From positions 2,688,001-2,752,000 of the forward strand of contig OZ242011.1 of NCBI GenBank assembly GCA_965204755.1: a stretch of 64,000 nt of DNA, given 5' to 3'. The DNA is from Candidatus Marinacidobacterium sp. (GTDB lineage: Bacteria; Acidobacteriota; Vicinamibacteria; Marinacidobacterales; Marinacidobacteraceae). The translations under genes and the position numbers were made by a program. Of the stretch, positions 44,450-55,400 are shown piece by piece; within the stretch, counting starts at the first letter, position 1, and each line of letters opens with the position of its first letter. A model generated the notes under the pieces. That model had not been told where the DNA came from, made no database searches, and saw only the letters and a list, made by a program, of their open reading frames with translations.

Positions 44450-44650
44450 TGCATCGAACGCCGGCGGAGAGCCGCGGCGGCGGTACCGACCTGTTCCTCG
44501 CCTGGGTCCGACCGTGTGGGTCTTCGCCATGGCTCGCGGCCTTCCTCGGCGACGGCCTTCCTCCAGATCGCGACGCATGCGCCGGCGGGTAAGATTCCTG
44601 CCCGTTTCGCCGCGGAGCCCTCATGGGCAGCGACGAGCCCGCCCCGACTG

Positions 44651-47623
44651 ATGCACCCGATCCACCGTCGCTACTACGCCGAGGACCTCGCGCGCCTGCG
44701 GCGGGCGGACTCGCCGCGTCGTCGAGTGGCGGCGCAGCGACGGTCCCGAGTGGATGCGAATCCGCACCAGATCGAGGCGGTGATGTTTGCGTTGCGGCGT
44801 ATTCCGGAGGGTGGCTGCATTCTCGCCGACGAGGTCGGACTCGGCAAGACCATCGAGGCCGGGCTCGTGATCGCGCAACTGCTCGCCGAAGGAAAGGAAC
44901 GGATACTGATCCTCCTCCCCCGTCCCCTGCTCGGCCAATGGAGCGACGAACTGCGCGATCTCTTCGGCATCGACGCCGTCGAGGCGTCCGATCCCGGTGT
45001 CGATCTCCGCGCGCCCGGCGTCGTCCTCGCCGGCCGTGAGTACGCGGGCGGAGAACGGGGCGCCGAACGCCTCGGGCAGGCGGCCCCGTTCGATCTGTGT
45101 CTGATAGACGAGGCCCACGAAGTGTTCGCCGGTCTCCATCGGCGGTTTCGCCGCGACGGCAGTTACGACGAAGACAGCCCCCACGCTCGCACGGCCCACC
45201 GCGTGCGGCGGATCATCGGTATTTCTCCGGTGTTGCTGCTGACCGCCACGCCGATTCAGAACTCACTGAGCGAGATGTGGTCGCTCGTCCAATACATCGA
45301 CCGTACGGGAACACTCCTCGGTGACAAGCCGACCTTCGAGGAACTCTTCGATCGCGGGAGCGGCGGCCGCAGAATCAGCGAGGCGCAGGCGAACGAACTG
45401 CAGCGGCGTCTGGGTGTGGTGGTGCAGCGCACTCTTCGCCGACAGGCCGTGGAGTACCTGGAACGACCCTTCGTGGGTCGCCAGGCGCGGCTCTTCCGTT
45501 ACCGGATGAGCCCGGACGAGAAGTCTCTCTACGACGATGTCACGGAATACTTGCTTCGCCCGCAACTCCTGGCCTTTCGCGGCCGGGCGAGGCAACTGCA
45601 GTTGATCGGCTTCCACCGAAGGATGGCCTCGTCGATCGCCGCTCTGGCTCGAAGTCTCGAAGGTGTCGCCCGGAGACTGCGCGGACTCCTGCGAAGCGGG
45701 GGAGGGGAAGACGACGCGGCAGACCTGGCCGACCTCGAAGAGGTGAACGAGCCGATCCCCTCCGTCGCGGACGAGGACCCCGGGAACCTGCCGGCGCTGA
45801 CGCCGGAGGCCGCACTGCCCTCTCCTGCGGCCGTAGAGAGGGAACTCGGCGAAATCGAGGGCTTCATAGCCCGCGCCCGGGCGCTCCCCGAGGACAGCAA
45901 GGCGGAGAGTCTGCTCAGGGCGGTGGAACTCATGATGGATCGGCCGGCGGATCGCCGCAAGTTGCTGATCTTCACGGAATCGCTGACGACCCAGGAGTAC
46001 TTGCGCGATCTGCTCGTCGGGCGATCGGAACTCGAAGAGGCGGACATCACGCTGTTCCGCGGCGTGAACGACTCGCCGCGGGCAGCCGAGGCGCTTCGAG
46101 TGTGGCGAGAGGAGGTCGAGAGCGAGTTCCCCGAATACCGGCGGCCGAGCCCGTCCGTTGCCGTTCGGCTGGCGCTGGTGCACGAATTTCGCACCCGATC
46201 GACCGTGATGATCGCTTCCGAGGCCGGCGCGAAGGGCCTCAACCTGCAATTCTGCGACACCGTCGTCAACTACGACTTGCCCTGGAATCCGCAGCGCATC
46301 GAACAGCGCATCGGGCGCTGCCACCGGTACGGCCAGAAACGCGATGTGACGGTGATCAACTTTCTCGCCGAGGACAACGAGGCCCAGCGGCTCACCTTCG
46401 ACATCCTCAGCAGCAAACTCGACCTGTTCGGCAAGGTGCTGGACCGGTCGGATGTCGTGCTCCAGACGCCGAGGTCCGACGCATCGGAGACGCTGGCGTC
46501 CGCTCTCGGACCGGACTTCGAGTCGCAGTTGCGACGGATCTGGGATCGCGCCCGGTCGGTCGAGGAGGTGGAGGCGGAGTTGCGGCGGCTGCGGGAAGAT
46601 CTGGAGGAAAGGCGTCGAGAACTCGACCGCGTGCGGGAACGGGCGATGGGTCTCATCGAGCGACGGTTGGATGCTTCGGTTCGGCAGGTCTTCGACGAGA
46701 TCCGATCCGGCTTGGGGCCGGCCCTGACCGAACTCGACGGTGACCTGGAGCGGGTGCTCTCGGCGTATCTGGAGGATGCCGGGGCGGCGCACGGGGTGAG
46801 GGAGAGCGAGGAGCGCCGTGTCCTGCATTTCGGGGCGTCAGGCCGCCTGCCCACGGCTTTCCGCAACGGGGGCAGCGTGGTGGTCGGCGACGCTCGAGGC
46901 CTTCCGACGGCCGATCCTCTCCATCTCGGACACCCCCTCATCCGGGCGGCCGTGGACGACGCGCGTCGTCGGTGCGCCGGGGCGTTCCGGGTAGCCTTTC
47001 GCCTTCGCCCGACCGCGCCGGCGTCGCTCCGGGACCGGCGCGGAAGCCGCGGTCGGCTCGCGTTGACTCGAGTACGCTATGCGGGCTTCGAGGACGAGGA
47101 GCGACTGCGGGCGACGGTGGTGTTCGATGACGCGGAGGTTCTGCGTCCCGGAGAAGCGGCGATGGCGCTTCTCCGCCAGCCGTGCGTGGATACCGAGGAA
47201 CTCTCCCCACCGCTGGCGGTCAGCGAGGCCGACTTGGACGAGGTCGTCGAAGAGGAACTGTTCGAGGAACATGGTCGGGTCGCGGCGGTGAACCAGCAGT
47301 CCTTCGAGCAGTCCATCGGTCAACTCGACCAATACTTGGAGGATCGGATGCTCGTGCTGCGCCGGGATCGGCAGCGCGCCGCGGACGGCCTCGCCGCCGC
47401 GGAGCGCGAGAGGGACGGCAGTATGGGCGCCGATCCGCGCGCCCGCGCGGAGGCCCGTGTCCGGCGGCTGGAGCAGGAAGTCGAGGGTTTGGACAGTCGC
47501 ATCGCGGAGTTGGCCGCCCGCGAGGACGCGACCTACCGCCGCTGGAAGACGCACGCGACGGAGCGGAGGTACGCGCCGCCGTCCGGAACCAGACTCCTGA
47601 GCGCGGAATTCGTGATCGAATGA
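44651..47623 (+). CDS. SNF2-family helicase (RapA-like core)
   Basis: NPHQI, LADEVGLGKT, DEAH, LTATPIQN, GLNLQ, NYDLPWNP, QRIGRCHRYGQ; C-terminal coiled coil. Confidence 0.9.
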   Translation: MHPIHRRYYAEDLARLRRADSPRRRVAAQRRSRVDANPHQIEAVMFALRRIPEGGCILADEVGLGKTIEAGLVIAQLLAEGKERILILLPRPLLGQWSDELRDLFGIDAVEASDPGVDLRAPGVVLAGREYAGGERGAERLGQAAPFDLCLIDEAHEVFAGLHRRFRRDGSYDEDSPHARTAHRVRRIIGISPVLLLTATPIQNSLSEMWSLVQYIDRTGTLLGDKPTFEELFDRGSGGRRISEAQANELQRRLGVVVQRTLRRQAVEYLERPFVGRQARLFRYRMSPDEKSLYDDVTEYLLRPQLLAFRGRARQLQLIGFHRRMASSIAALARSLEGVARRLRGLLRSGGGEDDAADLADLEEVNEPIPSVADEDPGNLPALTPEAALPSPAAVERELGEIEGFIARARALPEDSKAESLLRAVELMMDRPADRRKLLIFTESLTTQEYLRDLLVGRSELEEADITLFRGVNDSPRAAEALRVWREEVESEFPEYRRPSPSVAVRLALVHEFRTRSTVMIASEAGAKGLNLQFCDTVVNYDLPWNPQRIEQRIGRCHRYGQKRDVTVINFLAEDNEAQRLTFDILSSKLDLFGKVLDRSDVVLQTPRSDASETLASALGPDFESQLRRIWDRARSVEEVEAELRRLREDLEERRRELDRVRERAMGLIERRLDASVRQVFDEIRSGLGPALTELDGDLERVLSAYLEDAGAAHGVRESEERRVLHFGASGRLPTAFRNGGSVVVGDARGLPTADPLHLGHPLIRAAVDDARRRCAGAFRVAFRLRPTAPASLRDRRGSRGRLALTRVRYAGFEDEERLRATVVFDDAEVLRPGEAAMALLRQPCVDTEELSPPLAVSEADLDEVVEEELFEEHGRVAAVNQQSFEQSIGQLDQYLEDRMLVLRRDRQRAADGLAAAERERDGSMGADPRARAEARVRRLEQEVEGLDSRIAELAAREDATYRRWKTHATERRYAPPSGTRLLSAEFVIE

Positions 47624-48801
47624 CGCGAACGAGCAAGACCCTCGAGGAGAACGAAGTGGCGCTCACGCTGCTCCACACTGCGGACTGGCACCTGGGCCGG
47701 CGTTTCCCGGCTTTCGACCGTGAGCAGGAACTTCGCCTTACGAGGGCGCGGCTCGAGGTCGTCGGGCGCATCTTGGACTTGGCCGAGAGCCGGGATGCGG
47801 ACGCCGTCGTCTGCGCCGGCGATCTCTTCGATGAAGAGACGCCGGAGGAGCAGTGGTGGCGCGGCGCGCTGAACGAGTTCCGGCGCAGGGAGGGGTGGCG
47901 CCGGCCGGTCGTGTTGCTCCCCGGCAACCACGATCCGCTGACCGCTCGCTCGGTCTATCACCGGACGCATCCGTTTCGAGCCGGGTTGCCCGACTTCGTG
48001 CATGTCGTCGACGAGAAGGGGTGGCAGTTGCCCGTCGGTGAGCGGGCGGTGGTCGTGGCGAGCCCCTGCGAGTCCAAAGCGGGGCAGACCGACTTGGTGG
48101 AGTCCCTGCCGCGGCGAGAAACCGGCGACGAGCGCATCCGCATCGGCCTGATCCACGGGCAGACCTTCGACATCGAGGGTTACCAGACGAACTTTCCCAT
48201 CGCCCGCGGCAGCGCCGCGTCGCGCGGGTTGGACTACCTGGCTGTCGGAGACACGCACGCCTTTCGCGAGGTGGAGCCGGAAGCGGTTGCTCCGACCGTG
48301 TACCCGGGGGCGCCGGAGGCCACGAACTTCAAGGAGACGGACACCGGCCAGGTGGCGCTCGTGTTCTTCCCGAAGGATCGGCGCCGCCGTCCGCTCGTGC
48401 GGCGGGAAGCGGTGGGCCTGTGGAAGTGGCGCGATGAGACTTGTCGCTCCCTGCAAGAACTGCGGGGGGTCGCCGCGGAGCCCGACTTGGGCAAGACCGT
48501 GCTGAGCCTCACTTTGGATTTCACCGCCCCGATGGCCGAATACGACGAAGCGGAGCGGCTGCTCACGGACTTCGGAGGGTCGCTCGCGGCGACGCCGCGA
48601 GTCGGCGTGCTGTCGGTGGATCGGCGCGGGCTCCGCCTCGCGACGGACCACGCGGAGAACTTCGACATGGAACTCCCGGCCGTTCTCCGGGCGACGGTCG
48701 AGCGACTGCAGGCACAGGCGCAGGGCGGAGAATCCCCGACGAAGGAGACCGCGGAGCGGGCGCTCCATCATCTGTACCGCTTGGTGCGCGAGGACGGCTG
48801 A
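47620..48801 (+). CDS. SbcD/Mre11-like metallophosphoesterase nuclease
   Basis: ATGA overlap; HTADWHLG, AGDLFD, PGNHD, HG, GDTH, YPGAPE. Confidence 0.9.
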   Translation: MTRTSKTLEENEVALTLLHTADWHLGRRFPAFDREQELRLTRARLEVVGRILDLAESRDADAVVCAGDLFDEETPEEQWWRGALNEFRRREGWRRPVVLLPGNHDPLTARSVYHRTHPFRAGLPDFVHVVDEKGWQLPVGERAVVVASPCESKAGQTDLVESLPRRETGDERIRIGLIHGQTFDIEGYQTNFPIARGSAASRGLDYLAVGDTHAFREVEPEAVAPTVYPGAPEATNFKETDTGQVALVFFPKDRRRRPLVRREAVGLWKWRDETCRSLQELRGVAAEPDLGKTVLSLTLDFTAPMAEYDEAERLLTDFGGSLAATPRVGVLSVDRRGLRLATDHAENFDMELPAVLRATVERLQAQAQGGESPTKETAERALHHLYRLVREDG

Positions 48802-48839
48802 CCGGCCAGGTCCGTAGTCCCGAGGAGCAAGGCACGGCC

Positions 48840-51800
48840 ATGTGGATTCGCCGGCTGGAAGTGAAGGATTGCGCCGGCGTCGCCGAGGCCGGGATTGCGC
48901 TCGAACCGGGGCTCAATGTCCTCTACGGGCCGAACGAACTCGGAAAATCGACGCTGGTGCAGGCGATTCGCGCGGCGTTGCTGCTTCCCGCGGCCGCATC
49001 GGCCGCGGAACCGTTGTGCGCCTGGGGTGTGGATGCCCTTCCGGAGGTTGCCGTCACTCTCGAGGAGAAACCCGGGCGCCTGTGGCGCGTACGCAAGCGA
49101 TTCGGCAAGAGCGGCGGGTCCGCGTATCTCGACTTTTCCCGTGATGGGGAGGACTTCTCGGTTGACAGTCGCGGCAGGGAGGTCGAGGGCGCCCTGCAGC
49201 GCCTCCTGCGATGGGGAATCGAACCGCCGGGCGGTCGAGGCCGTCGGAGAGGAATGCCCGCGTCGTTCATTACCACTGCGTTGCTCGGTGAACAGCAAGC
49301 CATAGATGCGATCCTGGGCGCCAGTCTGAAGGACGATGCGAGCGACTCCGGCCGCGGCCGATTGACGGACGCGCTGCAGGCCCTTTCCGAGCACCCGCTC
49401 TTCAAGAAGGTGCTCGCCTCGGTGCAGGAGAAGTTCGCCGAAGCGTTCAGTGCGACCGGTCGCCGGCGCATCGCGCGGGGTTCACCGTGGGCCGACTTGC
49501 GCGAAAAGCGGGCCGACGCGCAGGAGCGCGAGCAGGAGGCGCGTCGGGCACTCGATCAGTGCAGCGCCGGGGAGAAGTCGATCGTCGAATCGGAGAAGGC
49601 GGTTCTCGACGCCGAGAACGCGGCGCAGGACGCCGAGCGGAAGTTGAAGAACGCAAGGGCGGCGGAAGAACGGCGGGAGGCGTGGAAGAAGGCGGCCAAG
49701 GCTCGTGACGAGGCGCAGTCGGCACTCGACGCCGCCATCGCAACGGTGGGCCGCCGCGACCGCGCCGTCGCCGCAGAGTCGGAGGCGAAACGACAGGTCG
49801 AAGAGTTGGCCGCGGCGTTGGCGAAAGCGGAGGCCGCCGTCGCGGAGATCACCCCCCGCGCCGATGAGGCTCGGGAGCGGGTGCGCGAGTTGGAGACCGG
49901 GGATGCCGAGGCCGCCCGAAAGATCCGGGAACAGGAAGCCGAGCAGCGGCGGATGAAGGCCGAGGCCGAGTTGAAGGACTTCGACGCCGCGCTCGCGCGG
50001 GCGCAGAAGTGCGCCGATCTGGAGGTCAAGATCACTTCGGCCGAGGGTGAGCGCCGACAGTGCGAGACGAAACTGGCGGGCCTGCGCGAACGGCGCGGCG
50101 ACGCAGAGCGAATGCTGGAATCCTGTCGAGAGCGGATGGGCGAGTTGGAGATTGCTCGATGCGTAGCGCGCGTCGTCTCGGCTGTCGAGACTTCCGGCGC
50201 GCGGGAGAAGGAACTCGCGGACACGAGAGAGCACGCTCGACAGGCGAAGGCCCTCGCGGCGCGAGCGAAGGAGCAGCGGGCACGGGCGGCGGACATGCGA
50301 GCGCCGGAGCAAGTGGAACTCGACCGGCTCAAGAAACTCGATGAAGAACGCCGCGTGGCGGAGGGGAAACTCGCCGTCGGCCTTGCCGTCGCCTTCACTC
50401 CCGAGCGCAGCGGAGTCGTCGAGGTCGAAAGGGACGGCGACAGCGGGCGCCGTGAAGTTCGGGCCGGCGAACCGGCCACATTCGAGGCGCGGCAAGGAGT
50501 TCGGCTGACGATTGCCGGAGTCGGTGTCTTCGAAGTGCGCGGCGGCGGACCTGAGGCGCGGGAAGACGCGCGCTCGGCGGCGGAGAGATGGAGGACGGCG
50601 TCCGTCCGACACCTGAAGGCGGCGGGGGAAGACTCCCTGGCCGGGCTCCAGCGTCGTCGCCAGCGCACGGACAGTCTCATGGAGGAGGCCCGTGAGTCGG
50701 ATCGACAGGCTGCGGAGGCGAACCTTCGCAGCGAGGGCATCGAGGAACGCGAGCGACTGGTCGTCGTGGCCGAAGCGGAAGTCGAGAAGGCTCGCGTGGC
50801 TCTTGCCGGACGGCTTGACCCGAACGCGAATCTCGATGAGTTCCTGCGCGATTACAGCGGGGAGGACGGTGAAGAAGTCCTGTCCGAAGAGATCGACGCC
50901 CTCGCGGCGGAAACGCAGCGGCGCGAGTCTCGGGTCGTCTCCTTGCGGAGTGATGAAGGTCTCGAAGTAGAGAGGCTCGCCCAGAGCAAGCGAACTCTGG
51001 AGGGCCGTCAGGAGGATCTGCGGGCCGAAGCCAAGGAGGTCGAGGACTACCGTGCCCTGCTCGACCGCGCCGACAAGGACCGGGAAAAACTCCAAGGCTC
51101 ACTGGACACCGCTGCCGCGGAACTCCAAGCCGTTCGCAAGCAGGCCACTGACGCAGCGACCAAGACTCGTCGGGAAGCGGAAGACCTGAGCCGCCGGCAG
51201 CGCGAACGGGCGGCGGAGCGCGACCGCGTCGTCGAGCGTCTTGGAAAGGCGCGTCAGGACTTCGCGGAGCGCCGAGGCGTGGCCACCTCGCGCCGTGAAG
51301 CGGCAGACGGCGTGGATCTCGCCGCGCTGCGCGCGGTCCGCGACGAAGCGCAGAGGAAACTCGATGCCCTGCCGCGAGTCGAGGAACCGCCCGAGGACCT
51401 GGAGGTTCTCGCCGGTCAGGTCGAGCGGGCGACCTCCGAGGCGAACGCGCGACGCCTCGAACTCAGCAAGGAGCGCGGGGCGCTGGAACACCTCGGAGGC
51501 CCCCACATCCGGGAGCAGGCGGAGCAGGCGCAAGAAGCGCTGGGGGTTCTCGCTCGGCGCGAACACGAAGTGGAACTGGAATACGGCGCTTGGAAACTCC
51601 TTCGGGAGACGCTCGCCGAGGCCGAGAAGGAGGACGCCGCGCACCTCGGCGACGCCATCGTGAAACCCGTGAGCGAACGCTTGGCGGCACTGACCGGAGG
51701 CCGTTACGAACAGGTAGGGATCGGGCCGCAACTGGAGGCTACGGGCGTGTTCCTCGCCGGCGGCGAGCGCTCCTTCGAGGAGGTCTCCGTGGGGACTCGG

Positions 51801-52079
51801 GAGCAGGCGGCCTTGCTGCTTCGGCTCGCGGTGGCGGAGGCGCTGGGCTTCTTCCTCATCCTGGACGACAACCTCACGCAGTCCGACTCCGGGCGGATGA
51901 GTTGGTTACGCGACCAACTCGGCAAGGTCACCGATGTGCCGCAAGTCATCGTCATGACCTGCCATCCGACGGCCTACCTCACGGGAGGCGAACATGCCGT
52001 GGATCTGACCCGCTGCGTAACCCGTCACGAACGACTCGCTCCACCTGCCGAAACAGGCGTCGCTGTTCCCGACGACTGA
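48840..52079 (+). CDS. SbcC/Rad50/YhaN-like SMC-type ATPase
   Basis: GPNELGKST, long coiled coils, SVGTREQ signature, ILDD, MTCH. Confidence 0.88.
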   Translation: MWIRRLEVKDCAGVAEAGIALEPGLNVLYGPNELGKSTLVQAIRAALLLPAAASAAEPLCAWGVDALPEVAVTLEEKPGRLWRVRKRFGKSGGSAYLDFSRDGEDFSVDSRGREVEGALQRLLRWGIEPPGGRGRRRGMPASFITTALLGEQQAIDAILGASLKDDASDSGRGRLTDALQALSEHPLFKKVLASVQEKFAEAFSATGRRRIARGSPWADLREKRADAQEREQEARRALDQCSAGEKSIVESEKAVLDAENAAQDAERKLKNARAAEERREAWKKAAKARDEAQSALDAAIATVGRRDRAVAAESEAKRQVEELAAALAKAEAAVAEITPRADEARERVRELETGDAEAARKIREQEAEQRRMKAEAELKDFDAALARAQKCADLEVKITSAEGERRQCETKLAGLRERRGDAERMLESCRERMGELEIARCVARVVSAVETSGAREKELADTREHARQAKALAARAKEQRARAADMRAPEQVELDRLKKLDEERRVAEGKLAVGLAVAFTPERSGVVEVERDGDSGRREVRAGEPATFEARQGVRLTIAGVGVFEVRGGGPEAREDARSAAERWRTASVRHLKAAGEDSLAGLQRRRQRTDSLMEEARESDRQAAEANLRSEGIEERERLVVVAEAEVEKARVALAGRLDPNANLDEFLRDYSGEDGEEVLSEEIDALAAETQRRESRVVSLRSDEGLEVERLAQSKRTLEGRQEDLRAEAKEVEDYRALLDRADKDREKLQGSLDTAAAELQAVRKQATDAATKTRREAEDLSRRQRERAAERDRVVERLGKARQDFAERRGVATSRREAADGVDLAALRAVRDEAQRKLDALPRVEEPPEDLEVLAGQVERATSEANARRLELSKERGALEHLGGPHIREQAEQAQEALGVLARREHEVELEYGAWKLLRETLAEAEKEDAAHLGDAIVKPVSERLAALTGGRYEQVGIGPQLEATGVFLAGGERSFEEVSVGTREQAALLLRLAVAEALGFFLILDDNLTQSDSGRMSWLRDQLGKVTDVPQVIVMTCHPTAYLTGGEHAVDLTRCVTRHERLAPPAETGVAVPDD

Positions 52080-52139
52080 CCGAGAGCCGCCCAAGCGGCG
52101 CCGCGAGGGCTTCCGTCTCCGGTGCGTGGCGCCGTGAAT

Positions 52140-52481
52140 TCAGTCGCGCCGGTCGGCGATCCTCACGCGTGTCGGGTAGGCGGGGGGCGTGAATGCGGGT
52201 AAGTGGGCGGGGATGGGGCGGATTCCGTGTTCGGCGCAGCGGATCCGCGGCCGTTTCACGCGGACGATGGTTCGATATTCCATGAAGTCCAAGTGTTGGA
52301 ACCTTCGCCGACGCTCGTCGTACCGCGGACTTCGGGCGCCGCATTCGGGACAGTCCAGGCCCTCGTCCGCGCATCCCACTTCGATGACGACTTCGCCGGT
52401 CTCCGGCCGGACGACGACTTCCATCACCTGCCACGGCGGCTTCAGGCCCAGGAGTTCGGCGACGAGTTCCCGGGTCATCAT
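52140..52481 (-). mobile_element. ISL3-family transposase N-terminal (zinc-finger) fragment
   Basis: LLGLKPPWQV..V, CPECG, R.FQHLD, PRIRC.EHG; no DDE domain follows. Confidence 0.7.
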
Positions 52482-55400
52482 CACTCGGTGGGGACGCGCT
52501 TCGCGGCGGAGGGTGGCGCCGCCGCGTTCGGAGTCGCTGCGACGGCGTCTGCCGGGATGGGGCGGGCCATCTCGCGGTAGCGGCAGAGGGCGTTGGCGAG
52601 GCGCATCTGGTGGGGCGTGCCGCAGTCGGGTTCGAAGAGGCGCGGGTTGAGCACGAGTATGGTCACGCACTGCGCCCGTGAGGTGGCGACATTCAGGCGG
52701 TTCAGGCTGTAGAGGAAGTCCATGCCGCGCGGCGCGTCTTCCGCCGACGAAGTGGCCATGCTGTAGAAGACGACCGGGGCTTCCTGGCCCTGGAACTTGT
52801 CCACGGTGCCGATGCGGGCGTCGGGGAGGCGGCGGCGCAACTCGGCCAACTGGGCGTTGTAGGGGGACACGATGAGGATGTCGTCCCTCGTCAGCGGTCG
52901 GGTGGCGCCTTCGCGGTTCGTCCAGGAGACGCCGCCGGCGAGGAGGCGGCGAACCAGCGCGGCGGTTCGGTCGGCTTCTTCGGGGGAAGCGCTCTGGTTG
53001 CCTTCGTGTTCGACCGGCAGGTAGTAGAGCCCGTAGCCGTCGAGGTCGCCGGCGTCGGAGAGGGAGTGGCGTTCCAGACCGGGCATCGGGCCGAGTGAAT
53101 CTTCGTAGAACGCCTCGGAAGTGAAGTCGCAGATGGAGGGGCGCAGCCGCCAGGTCCGGTCGAGGAAAAGGCCCCGGTCTTCGGGCATGGTGCGGTGTTC
53201 GCCGAGCAGGTGGCCCAGCGCGGAGACATCCGTGCCTTCGGGGTGGGAGCCCTGCGACGGTTGGTCGAGTTGCTGGGGGTCGCCGAGGAGCACGAGGTTC
53301 TTCGCGGCGGGCGCGGCGGCCAAGGTGTTGGCGAGCGACATCTGCCCGGACTCGTCGACGAACAGGACATCCACCGAGCCTTCGAGATCCTCCCGTGACC
53401 AGAGCCAGGCGGTGCCCGCCGCTACCGAGGCTTCCCCGCTCGATAGCGCGTCCAGGACTTCGCCGTTGTCCTTGGTTTGGATGATCGGCCAATCCGTGTC
53501 CTCCGGGTCGCTGCTGACCTTCTGCATGCACTGCAGGGACAGATTCGTTCGTTTCGCTTCCCGAACGGCGGCGTCGAGCAGGTTGCGGATGACGCTGTGG
53601 CTGTTGGCGGTCACGCCGACTCTCTTCCCGGCGCGAACGAGCGAGCAGATCATGCGTCCGCCGGTGCGGGTCTTCCCGGTGCCCGGCGGGCCCTGGATCG
53701 CCAGCACTTCGCCGTCGAGTTCGAGGACCGAGCGGATCGCCGTCTCCGCTGCGTTTCCGGGCGTGGCGTCGGCGGCGTTCACGAACCTCGGCGGTCGTTT
53801 CCGCAGCAGCGCCAGCGCCGCCGGATAGCGGTGTTCGGCTCGGGCGGCGTCCTTCGCGACGCGCTCCCCCAAGCGGAACAGGGAGTCGCCGAGAATGCCG
53901 GTCCCGATGGGTTCGTTGGCGGCGTAGATCGTTTCCGGGTGTTCCTCTACGGTGTCGCGGCGCTTCTTGATTGCGATCCGTCTTCGAGTCGTGTCGCATT
54001 CGACGATGCTGCCGAGGACTTTGCCGCCCGGCAGGCGCGCGGTCTCGCCGCTGCGGACGGTGGTGTCCTGTGCTTCGTATTCGTAGATGTCGGTGGGAAT
54101 CCTCGCGCGAGGCCGCAGTTCGCGTCCTGCCTGCTTCAGTCCCACGAGTCCCTTCTTTTCCTCGCGCAGTTCCGGGGCCGGCGTTTCCTGTAGGCGGAAG
54201 AACTCCCACCAACTCGCGCGCTGTTCGCGGCGGTGCCAATCCAGCAGGTAGGCGAGAGTCCAATTGCCCCGCTGCTCGGCGTCGTGTTTCGCCGGATCTT
54301 CGGGCAACCCCGCGAGCAGCCGCCCGCGAAGGCTGGCGACGCGCTCGTCCCGCTCCGCCACCGACTCCGAGGCGTCGCCGGGCGTTGCCTCCGGCCGCGG
54401 CACTTCCTCGCCGGCGGCCGTCAGTTCATCGCGGCGCTCCTCCAGCCAGTCGCGCAAGCCGATAAGCGACACGCAGTCGTCGCGGTTGTAGCCCTCGACC
54501 ACGCCGCGCATCTCCTCGGTGATGTCCGCGCGCAGGCCGGTCTCCAGGAGCCGCTCCATCCGGTGGCGGTGGTCGCTCGCCGTCCGGAGATCGACGCGGC
54601 GCTCGAAACCGTAGAACGGTTCGAGGGCCTTGATCGAGTACTGCTCGACGCTCGCCCGCAGGGATTGGCGCACGACCTTGTGCAGATCCACGAACAGGTG
54701 GGCGCGCAGCACGCGGTCCACTTCCTCGCTGCGCGTCGCGAACTGTCCGGTGAGCCGCTTGACGGCGGTCGGCTCGTAGGGGGCGAAGTGGTAGATGTGC
54801 ATGTCCGGGCGCCGCTCCCACCGCTCCATCACGAAGTCCACGAAGGCCTCGAACACCCGCTGCTCCCCGACCGCGAACCGTTCACCGCCGCCGCCGGGGT
54901 CGAAGGCCCACTCGCCGCGGTATGCCACGCGGCCGCCGTCGTCGGTTTCTGCCCAGCCGAACAGGTATTCGAACCCGCGCGGCCCGACGAACCGCGCTCC
55001 TTCGATGTCGAAGAAGAGGTCTCCCGGCGCCGGCGCCGGAAGAAGCGCCAAGCCGCGCCCCGCTTCGCGGTCGAGGAGTTCGTGGTAGGGCGCCTCGCGC
55101 CGGCGTCCTTCGAGTTGGACTCGCGCCTGCTCGCGGGCCGTTTCGTAGGCGGCGGGGGAACCGCGCTTCGGTCGCGGCAGCGGCGCCGGCGACGAGCCGA
55201 GCACTTCGAGCGTCCCGAGGTTCCAGTCCTCGAACTGTTTCCGGTGGCGACGCCGCAGGTCCGCGACCAGACTCAGGTGGTCGTCGTCGCGGCGCCGGTG
55301 GAGACAGTGCATCTGCCAGCGGCAGATGTCGCAGTGCGGAACCGGTTCGGGGTAAGTCCCGGTTGCTTGCTCGCCCGCGCCGTCGCCGACCGCGGCCTCG

